The notes under the pieces are model-generated. The model was not told the origin of the DNA and made no database searches. It saw only the letters and a program-made list of their open reading frames with translations. Positions 57,172 to 64,000 of a DNA stretch of 64,000 nucleotides are shown piece by piece; within the stretch, counting starts at the first letter, position 1, and each line of letters starts with the position of its first letter. Origin of the DNA: a virus; the UHGV virus genome UHGV-1374678; one strand, 5' to 3'. The position numbers and the translations under genes are program-made.

Positions 57172-60100
57172 ATGGTAAGAGTTATTAAAAGGGATTGCTC
57201 TGAAGTTGATTTTGATAAAAATAAAATTTCAACAGCAATCTTAAAGGCTATGAAGAATGGTAGTGGAATTGTCAAACCAAAGATTGCAGAATCTATTGCT
57301 GATGAGATTGAAGAAGAGTGTAAAGATCGAGAAGAGATTGATATTTCTGAGATCGAAGCAATGGTATTTGATAAGCTGATTACCAAAAAACAAAGACTTA
57401 CGGCAAGAGCTTATGAGGGTTATAGAAGTACAAGAGAATTCCAGAGAGAGAATGAGAATACAGTTGACGAGGAAATTCTTGGAATTGTAGAAGCAAACAA
57501 CGAAGAATGGAAAGATGAAAATGCGAACAAAAACCCAGCATTAAACCCTACAATTCGTGATTATATTGCTGGATCTGTAAGCAAAGACGCAACAAAAAGA
57601 TTTTTATTATCTCCAGAAATTATTCAGAGTCATTCAGAAGGAATCATTCATTTCCATGATTCTGATTACTTTATTCAGCATATGCATAACTGCGGATTAG
57701 TAAATCTTGAAGATATGCTTCAGAATGGTACTGTTATTAGTGAAACAATGATTGAAAAGCCACATAGTTTTTCTACAGCATGTACCGTGACTACTCAGAT
57801 CATTGCTCAAGTTGCATCTAGTCAGTATGGTGGACAGAGTATTTCACTTGCACACTTAGCACCATTTGTAGATATTTCAAGACAGAAAATTAGAGAAGAA
57901 GTAGAACATGCGTTGGTTGATATTGTAGATACCGTTCTTGACGGAACAGAATTAGAAAATGTAATTGATGAGATTACAGAAGAACGCCTTAAGAAAGAGA
58001 TTACAAAAGGTGTTCAAACAATTCAATATCAGCTAATTACGTTGATGACAACCAACGGACAAGCACCATTTATCACAATTTTCATGTATTTAAATGAAGC
58101 AAAGAGTGAGAGAGAAAAAAAAGACTTGGCAATGTTGATCGAAGAAACGCTTCGTCAGAGAAAACTTGGTGTAAAAAATGAAGATGGTGTCTATATTGCA
58201 CCTGCATTTCCAAAGCTTATTTATGTTCTTGAGGATGATAATTGTGATGAATCAACTGAATATTGGTACTTAACAGAACTTGCTGCGGAATGTACGTCAA
58301 AAAGATTAGTTCCGGATTACATCTCTGAAAAAGTAATGAAAAAACTTAAGGGAGATGTGTATACGTGCATGGGATGTGTAGACGGGAAAGAAGTTGTTAC
58401 ATATACATATAACAATAATCTTTATGTTGAATCATTTGAAAGAATGTGGAATAGACTTTCTGATAGATTTGAGATTAAACACCAATATAGTGATAGTAAT
58501 CCGAATTTATATATGGATTTGAATGATGTAGAAATCTATGATACAGACAAGGGTTTTGTCAACACAGAAAGGATAATTAGAAACATATCATCAAATTGGC
58601 TTGATATTAATTTTTCAAATGGTAGAAGATTATTATGTACAGAAGACCATCCGCTTACATTGAGAGATGGAAGAACGGTTCATGCTTCAGAGTTAAAACT
58701 AAATGATAAAATCCTTATCAATTCATATCAGTATAACGAAGAAAACATTGTATTTAATGAAGATAAGGCATGGTTATTAGGCTTTATGCTTTGTGATGGA
58801 TGTTATCAAGGTTCTTTATTTTCTTCAATTGCAGCAGAAAATGAAGATGAAATTGCAGATGAATTTTCAGAAACAATGAAGAAATATTTTGATCTCGATA
58901 TTGAAAAGAAATTACAACAAAGAGGTAAGAAAGGAACATATTACGATTTGATTGCACATAGTCAGAATGAAAAAATATCTGTGTATTGTAATTATTTCGC
59001 TAAAAAATTCGAGGGTCTGAATAAGATTGATAGACATGTTCCTAATGAAGTATTTTCATGGAATTATTCGTCAAAACTTGCTTTTCTAGCTGGAATGATT
59101 GATGCAGATGGGTACATTAATAGTTCTCAGAATAAAGGATTTTCTATAGTTCAAATTGGTTCCACAAACAAAGAACTTGCATTACAGCAAATGGCACTTG
59201 CACAGTCTTTAGGTATGCCAGCAAAGCTGTACCATAACCATTACAATAAACGTAACCCAGAGTTGATTAGATACAGAGTTGAGTTTTATCCAACAGATGA
59301 ACTAATTAATTATATTGTATGTAAAAAGAAATATGATAATTATATTGATTCAAATGCATCTAGTTATAATCATGAATCTGAAGTTACTGAAATCAACAAA
59401 ATTAATAAAAAAATGTTTTCTTACGATGTAACAACAACAAGTGAACATTTTGAAATTAGCGGAATTTATAGTCATAATTGTAGATCATTTTTAACTGTTG
59501 ATAGATTTTCTGATAAAGTTGGAAACATTTCTAACGCTAAAAACTTTGATGGAAAACATAAATATTACGGAAGATTTAATCAGGGCGTTGTCACAATCAA
59601 TCTTCCAGATATTGCATTTTCATCTGATGGTGATATGGATAAGTTTTGGGGAATTTTCGAAGAAAGAACAGAATTATGCCATAAGGCTTTAAGGGCTAGA
59701 CATAATCGTTTACTTGGAACTTCTTCTGATATTGCACCAATTCTATGGCAGAACGGAGCATATGCAAGACTTAAAAAACATGAACCAATTGACAAGCTTT
59801 TATTTGATGGATATTCAACAATTTCTCTTGGATATGCAGGACTTTACGAGTGTGTGAAATATATGACAGGAAAATCCCATACAGATGGTGATGTAGGAGA
59901 AAAGTTTGGGTTAGAGGTAATGCAAGCATTAAATGATAAATGTAATCAGTGGAAAGAAGCGGAAAATATTGATTATAGTTTGTATGGAAGTCCAATCGAA
60001 AGCACTACATATAAGTTTGCAAAGTGTTTAAAGAATAGATTTGGAAATGATATTTTTATTAAACTTGATGGATTTGATAGAAATTATATTACAAACAGCT

Positions 60101-60531
60101 ATCATGTTCCTGTATTTGAAAAAATCACAGCGTTTGATAAATTTAAAATTGAGTCAAAATTTCAAAACCTCAGTCCAGGAGGTGCAATTTCCTATTGCGA
60201 AATCCCATCAATTAACGTCAATGTTCATGCGTTATTGGAAGTAATCAAATTTATTTATGACAATATCATGTATGCAGAAATCAATACGAAAGATTGTTAT
60301 TGTGAAGTGTGTGGATTTGATGGAGATATTCCACTTATTGATGATAATAATGGCAAACTTGTATGGGAATGCCCTAATTGTGGTAACACTGACAATACAA
60401 AAATGGATATCGCATTTAGGGTCTGTGGTTATGTTGGTACTGCAAAAAATGGTGGAAATCAAGGAAGATATGGCGACATTCATGATAGAGTTTACCACAT
60501 CAATGATTTCGAATACGAGGAAAACAAATAA
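57172..60531 (+). CDS. nrdD: anaerobic ribonucleoside-triphosphate reductase (class III, NrdD) interrupted by an intein
   Basis: N-terminal ATP-cone-like region. C-terminal glycyl-radical motif RVCGYVG. Zn ribbon CEVCG...CPNCG. 1119 aa, of which about 368 aa (58375..59478) is an in-frame intein. Confidence 0.85.
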   Translation: MVRVIKRDCSEVDFDKNKISTAILKAMKNGSGIVKPKIAESIADEIEEECKDREEIDISEIEAMVFDKLITKKQRLTARAYEGYRSTREFQRENENTVDEEILGIVEANNEEWKDENANKNPALNPTIRDYIAGSVSKDATKRFLLSPEIIQSHSEGIIHFHDSDYFIQHMHNCGLVNLEDMLQNGTVISETMIEKPHSFSTACTVTTQIIAQVASSQYGGQSISLAHLAPFVDISRQKIREEVEHALVDIVDTVLDGTELENVIDEITEERLKKEITKGVQTIQYQLITLMTTNGQAPFITIFMYLNEAKSEREKKDLAMLIEETLRQRKLGVKNEDGVYIAPAFPKLIYVLEDDNCDESTEYWYLTELAAECTSKRLVPDYISEKVMKKLKGDVYTCMGCVDGKEVVTYTYNNNLYVESFERMWNRLSDRFEIKHQYSDSNPNLYMDLNDVEIYDTDKGFVNTERIIRNISSNWLDINFSNGRRLLCTEDHPLTLRDGRTVHASELKLNDKILINSYQYNEENIVFNEDKAWLLGFMLCDGCYQGSLFSSIAAENEDEIADEFSETMKKYFDLDIEKKLQQRGKKGTYYDLIAHSQNEKISVYCNYFAKKFEGLNKIDRHVPNEVFSWNYSSKLAFLAGMIDADGYINSSQNKGFSIVQIGSTNKELALQQMALAQSLGMPAKLYHNHYNKRNPELIRYRVEFYPTDELINYIVCKKKYDNYIDSNASSYNHESEVTEINKINKKMFSYDVTTTSEHFEISGIYSHNCRSFLTVDRFSDKVGNISNAKNFDGKHKYYGRFNQGVVTINLPDIAFSSDGDMDKFWGIFEERTELCHKALRARHNRLLGTSSDIAPILWQNGAYARLKKHEPIDKLLFDGYSTISLGYAGLYECVKYMTGKSHTDGDVGEKFGLEVMQALNDKCNQWKEAENIDYSLYGSPIESTTYKFAKCLKNRFGNDIFIKLDGFDRNYITNSYHVPVFEKITAFDKFKIESKFQNLSPGGAISYCEIPSINVNVHALLEVIKFIYDNIMYAEINTKDCYCEVCGFDGDIPLIDDNNGKLVWECPNCGNTDNTKMDIAFRVCGYVGTAKNGGNQGRYGDIHDRVYHINDFEYEENK
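58375..59478 (+). mobile_element. intein with LAGLIDADG homing-endonuclease domain inside nrdD
   Basis: Begins at a Cys (CVDGKEVV, block A) with block B GRRLLCTEDHPL. Two LAGLIDADG motifs (LLGFMLCDGC and LAGMIDADGY). Ends YSHN, followed by extein Cys (CRSFL). Confidence 0.75.
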
Positions 60532-61076
60532 TGAATTATTCACAGATTCGCAGCATGGATATTTCCAACGGGGATGGCATAGGCGTTGCCCTCTTCGTAC
60601 AAGGCTGTAACTTTCATTGTAAAAATTGTTTCAACCAAGATACATGGGATTTTAATGGCGGTACGAAATTCACCAAAGAAACGAAAGAAACATTTCTTGA
60701 ATTGATGGACAAGCCATATATTACAAGAGTCTCATTTCTTGGCGGAGAATGTCTTGCAGGTAAAAACCTTGAAGGAATCTACGATCTTGTAAAAGACGTA
60801 AAAAAAATGCATCCGGACAAAAAGCTCTGGATGCATACAGGGTATAATTGGGAACTAATTTTTTGCCCAATTGTAACACATGATTTTAATCCCGAACGAG
60901 ATCGACTAATTGAGTTACGCCAAGAAATTGTTAAAATGCTTGATGTTTTAGTTGACGGAAAATACATTCATGAATTAAAAGATATGAATTTGAAATTCCG
61001 TGGGAGTAAAAATCAGCGTGTAATTGACGTACAGGAATCACTAAAACGGGACAAAATAGTTCTGTATCTTAATTAA
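60531..61076 (+). CDS. nrdG: anaerobic RNR activating protein (radical SAM)
   Basis: CNFHCKNC (CxxxCxxC) radical-SAM cluster motif near the N-terminus. ATGA overlap with nrdD. Confidence 0.85.
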   Translation: MNYSQIRSMDISNGDGIGVALFVQGCNFHCKNCFNQDTWDFNGGTKFTKETKETFLELMDKPYITRVSFLGGECLAGKNLEGIYDLVKDVKKMHPDKKLWMHTGYNWELIFCPIVTHDFNPERDRLIELRQEIVKMLDVLVDGKYIHELKDMNLKFRGSKNQRVIDVQESLKRDKIVLYLN

Positions 61077-61090
61077 ACAAATAATAATAA

Positions 61091-61121
61091 AGAGAACGTA
61101 TAAAATTGCGTTCTCTTATTT
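61091..61121 (+). terminator. rho-independent terminator
   Basis: AGAGAACG-tataaaattg-CGTTCTCT hairpin followed by TATTT. Confidence 0.6.
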
Positions 61122-61137
61122 AGAAGGAGAATCAAAA

Positions 61138-61356
61138 ATGGACGAAGAAAATGTACGAACTAACATTCAGCTAAAACAAAAACAACACCTGTATTACGCA
61201 CAAATTCTGCCTTCTGTTGGCACTTACAACGTACTTGAAATGACAGTTTCAACGCTTCATACTTTGCTGTCACAGAAAAACGTGATAAACATCGTTATTT
61301 GTTTAATTATACCGATATTAATAAAACGATTTTTCTGGATAGAACAAAATGTTTAA
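61138..61356 (+). CDS. hypothetical protein
   Basis: ORF after GGAGAATCAAAAATG. Confidence 0.4.
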   Translation: MDEENVRTNIQLKQKQHLYYAQILPSVGTYNVLEMTVSTLHTLLSQKNVINIVICLIIPILIKRFFWIEQNV

Positions 61357-61436
61357 AGAAGGTAAAAGACGCAGAAGCTCATGGTAAGAAAGTAAGCAAT
61401 GAAACTTATTATGAAGAAGATTAGGAGAGATAAACA

Positions 61437-62186
61437 TTGGCAAATAAATTATTAGAATACAAAGGACGCTTCAGATTGCGTGTGCCAATTTGTGAATCAA
61501 CCCATGATTTTGGACGCAAACTAAATGGGAACCTAGAGGATATTGATGTATTTATCGACTGTTTTTACGGAAATAAAATCTTCTGGTATGGAAGAGGAAA
61601 ATACGAGGCGTATATTCCGTCTTTGCAAAGAGGGCATAATATCTTAAAACAATTTTATTATGAAAATATCAACCCCAATAACATAAAAGCCGTTGAAAAT
61701 AAATTAATTAGAGACGATGGAAAGGAACTTGTAAGAATTACTTACAACATCATCGACAACGATTTATACAAAAAACAGTTACGAGATTTCTTTCCGTATA
61801 TCGTAGACACAGATTCAGAAGTAATCTTTCATTTCTTTCAAAAAGATTTCGAAAAAGTAATCCCACTATTAAAACCGAAAACATCTGGTGCAGGAATTTC
61901 GCCATTCAGCACAAAGAATTTGCCAGTACGAGAATATGAAATAAATGCAGACCAATTGATAGAATATAAGGATATAAACGACTCTGTTCCGAAAGAGGAT
62001 AAATTAAAGCTTTCAAAAATTACGGGCGATTTTATACACAATATTATGGCTAAAAAGAGACAGTATAAATCAATCGACATGTCAAAATTAATGAGAAAAC
62101 AGATGTTAAAAGGGAAAGAATTTATTCATCAACAAGGATTTTGGAACGAGTATATTAAGTATTTAAAAAAGAGTTTAAACATTTGA
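61437..62186 (+). CDS. hypothetical protein
   Basis: 249-aa ORF (TTG start per the track). Confidence 0.45.
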   Translation: MANKLLEYKGRFRLRVPICESTHDFGRKLNGNLEDIDVFIDCFYGNKIFWYGRGKYEAYIPSLQRGHNILKQFYYENINPNNIKAVENKLIRDDGKELVRITYNIIDNDLYKKQLRDFFPYIVDTDSEVIFHFFQKDFEKVIPLLKPKTSGAGISPFSTKNLPVREYEINADQLIEYKDINDSVPKEDKLKLSKITGDFIHNIMAKKRQYKSIDMSKLMRKQMLKGKEFIHQQGFWNEYIKYLKKSLNI

Positions 62187-62211
62187 TAAACTTGATTGGA
62201 GAGTGTGAAAT

Positions 62212-62553
62212 ATGAAACAATTAAGACTTGATAAAAGATGTACGCCTAAAATTTTGCAAGATTATGGGTTTGTAAAACATGGATTAAATTACAAACTTTC
62301 TATTCCATTGTATGCATATAAGAGAACTCCGGTTATCAGTGTAAATTTTCTCGTTTCAGGAACAAATGATTATATTAGATATGATGTAATAGATAATAAT
62401 TCTGACATGATTTACTCGGCTTATTATGATACAAGTCAAATCAGCGAGAACAAAGTTTTAGACAAAATTAAACGAAAACTTGATGAAGTTTTTGAAGAAA
62501 TGGTAGAGAAAAATATTTTAGAAGAGGAGAACGAAAATGCAGAAGATTGCTAA
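62212..62553 (+). CDS. hypothetical protein
   Basis: ORF track. Confidence 0.4.
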   Translation: MKQLRLDKRCTPKILQDYGFVKHGLNYKLSIPLYAYKRTPVISVNFLVSGTNDYIRYDVIDNNSDMIYSAYYDTSQISENKVLDKIKRKLDEVFEEMVEKNILEEENENAEDC

Positions 62554-63052
62554 ATTTGAAAAAGTAAGTTGGGAGCAGTTTTATAAAGATTGGACAGATA
62601 CATTTCCTTCAATCGGCACACCAGACGAAGCAAAAATTAAACAGATTTATTATGGAATTAATACTCCAAAACGTGCAACGAAAGGATCAGCCGGATATGA
62701 TTTTTATGCACCAATTGAATTTAGTTTGCAGCCTGGTGAGACGATTAAAATTCCTACTGGAATTCGATGCGAGATGAATGAAGATTGGGTTCTTATGTGT
62801 TTTCCACGCAGCGGATTAGGATTTAAGTATCGCATGAAGCTCGATAATTCAGTTGGAATAATTGATAGCGATTACGCTTTCTCTGATAATGAGGGGCATA
62901 TATTTATTAAGTTTACTAATGAAGGTAATAAAAAATTAGAAGTTTTCGAGGGTAATGGTTTTGCACAAGGAATTTTCCTTCAGTATGGAATCACAGAAGA
63001 TGATAATTGTGATGTAATTCGTAATGGTGGTTTTGGATCTACAACAAAATAA
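62537..63052 (+). CDS. dut: dUTP diphosphatase (trimeric dUTPase)
   Basis: GSAGYDFYAP (motif 1/2), RSGLGFKY (motif 3), IGIIDSDYAF (motif 4) and C-terminal RNGGFGSTTK (motif 5). Confidence 0.8.
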   Translation: MQKIAKFEKVSWEQFYKDWTDTFPSIGTPDEAKIKQIYYGINTPKRATKGSAGYDFYAPIEFSLQPGETIKIPTGIRCEMNEDWVLMCFPRSGLGFKYRMKLDNSVGIIDSDYAFSDNEGHIFIKFTNEGNKKLEVFEGNGFAQGIFLQYGITEDDNCDVIRNGGFGSTTK

Positions 63053-63067
63053 AGAATAATAAATGGA

Positions 63068-63298
63068 GTGGTTATATTGACAAATACAAATATTATAAAT
63101 AATTGTGATGAGATACTTACAGTTAAAGAAGTTTCACAATATTTAAAAGTGAACGTTCACAAAGTTTACGAGTTAATTAATGATGGATTATTACCAGCTT
63201 TTAAACTTGGTAGCTTGAAAGTAAGTAGAAAATCATTAGAAGAATTCGTAAAATCATGTGAAAATGATTTTTTCTATCCGATGAATAATATACGTTAA
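63068..63298 (+). CDS. xis: excisionase/AlpA-like HTH DNA-binding protein
   Basis: LTVKEVSQYLKVNVHKVYELINDGLLPAFKLGSLKV is a typical Xis/MerR-like winged helix. Lies adjacent to the integrase and attP-like repeats. Confidence 0.5.
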   Translation: MVILTNTNIINNCDEILTVKEVSQYLKVNVHKVYELINDGLLPAFKLGSLKVSRKSLEEFVKSCENDFFYPMNNIR

Positions 63299-63335
63299 TC
63301 ATGTATAAATATTTACGAAACATAAAAGTTTACGG

Positions 63336-63721
63336 TTGCCCACATTTTGCCCACCGTGGGCAAACCATGAAAAAACACGTATATGCATAATGTAACATAA
63401 AATGGCACGAACCATTTGTGTATAGAATGTATTTTTGTTAGAATTAGACAAAGGAAAGCATAATAAAGCACAGTATGACAAATGCCACACCAATGGGTAA
63501 CAACCCGATGGTTGGTATGACTGTAGCCGTTGCAGTAGCTGTAGAGGAAGCTGCTAAGGCTGGTAAGTTCTAAAAATAGACAAAAATAGTCAAATATAAC
63601 CAAAAAAATTAGGAGGTATTCACAAATAATTGTGTTTACCTCCTTTTTTATTCCATTGCCCACAAATCATACACGGTGCTTTGCCCACACTTTGCCCACA
63701 CAAAAACTAACTTGTGGGCAA
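63336..63721. promoter_or_regulatory. attP-like region with integrase arm-type repeats (TTGCCCAC)
   Basis: Direct copies of TTGCCCAC at 63336, 63347, 63656, 63681 and 63692, with inverted copies (GTGGGCAA) at 63356 and 63714. They sit on both sides of a ~290-bp spacer, between xis and int. Confidence 0.55.
63611..63651 (+). terminator. rho-independent terminator
   Basis: AGGAGGTA-19 nt-TACCTCCT followed by TTTTTTA. Confidence 0.55.
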
Positions 63722-63751
63722 AATATAGATGGCTATATTATCATAAATTGA

Positions 63752-64000
63752 TTATTTTTTATAAATATTCATTAATACATCTAGTCCCTCTTTTGACATA
63801 GTATCTGTCAGATGATCTGTATATACTTTCGTAGTATCAATCTTTACATGCCCAAGTCTGTCTTTGATATACAAGAAAGGTGCTTTTTGTTCCAACAACA
63901 TTGTAGCATGAGTATGTCTTAAAGAATGAAAATCAAATTCTTTAAAATCTAATTGTTTGTGAATTACAGAAGAAACATGTTGCATTGTTCTAGGAGAAAC
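63752..64000 (-). CDS. int: tyrosine recombinase/integrase (3' part; gene continues beyond the window)
   Basis: C-terminal catalytic region HSLRHTHATMLLE...LGHVKIDTTKVYTDHL carries the conserved R, H..H and the Tyr nucleophile. The ORF is open to the window end. Confidence 0.75.
   Translation of the reverse strand, partial: VSPRTMQHVSSVIHKQLDFKEFDFHSLRHTHATMLLEQKAPFLYIKDRLGHVKIDTTKVYTDHLTDTMSKEGLDVLMNIYKK

Noticed and set aside
783-63663. Numerous minus-strand ORFs of 60-150 aa embedded in + strand genes (e.g. 783..1082, 1853..2152, 8592..9026, 53139..53597, 55718..56065, 63313..63663).
   Set aside because: They lie antisense inside well-supported + strand genes, lack RBS motifs, and translate to low-complexity Ile/Phe/Leu/Ser-rich products. 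That is what random ORFs look like in AT-rich DNA.
1-64000. CRISPR arrays / regularly spaced direct repeats.
   Set aside because: No regularly spaced 24-40-bp direct repeats were seen. The only repeat families are the short junction motifs, the TTGCCCAC arm sites and the IS605-family left ends.

Overview
The window is AT-rich, low-GC (Firmicutes/Clostridia-like) DNA with almost every gene on the + strand and very tight gene packing. It reads as a large temperate phage genome, or possibly a prophage.

Recognisable modules, left to right:
- **1–12.3 kb:** block of small early/accessory ORFs, including a ClpP-family protease, a YopX-family protein and a calcineurin-type metallophosphoesterase.
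- **12.9–14.2 kb and 19.7–21.0 kb:** two IS200/IS605-family (IS1341-like) tnpB-only insertion elements with conserved left ends.
- **14.2–15.1 kb:** a Thg1-like tRNA 5'-end repair nucleotidyltransferase.
- **22.4–24.4 kb:** two tandem small C5-cytosine DNA methyltransferases, each preceded by a perfect 12-bp palindrome.
- **24.7–25.2 kb:** a sigma-70-family factor.
- **25.7–28.6 kb:** an HNH endonuclease, an RNA ligase with an N-terminal tRNA-binding OB domain, and a T4-Pnk-like 5'-kinase fused to an HD phosphohydrolase domain.
- **29–30.8 kb:** small membrane proteins plus an SPFH/band-7 protein.
- **34.4–34.8 kb:** tRNA-Leu(UAA) and a degenerate tRNA-like gene.
- **37.4–47.8 kb:** replication module, comprising an SSB-like acidic-tail protein, a RecA/AAA-like ATPase, a DnaB-family helicase, a TOPRIM primase, a DHH/RecJ-like phosphoesterase and a Pol III alpha-type polymerase.
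- **47.8–49.4 kb:** ERCC4 nuclease and HD protein.
- **50.4–63.0 kb:** nucleotide-metabolism module, comprising FolD, a divergent ThyX-like protein, NAD-dependent DNA ligase, a guanylate-kinase-family NMP kinase, HPr-like proteins, a HAD 5'-deoxyribonucleotidase, anaerobic RNR NrdD interrupted by a LAGLIDADG intein, NrdG and dUTPase.
- **63.0–64.0 kb:** Xis-like HTH protein, an attP-like region with TTGCCCAC arm repeats, and the 3' part of a tyrosine integrase on the - strand.

The most interesting content is a distributed tRNA/RNA-repair toolkit. It combines a Thg1-like enzyme, a tRNA-binding-domain–RNA ligase fusion, a Pnk-kinase–HD fusion, a metallophosphoesterase and phage tRNAs. This looks like an unusually complete counter-defence against host anticodon or tRNA nucleases. 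A FolD plus a ThyX-like enzyme lacking two dUMP phosphate-binding arginines also suggests a non-canonical pyrimidine pathway.
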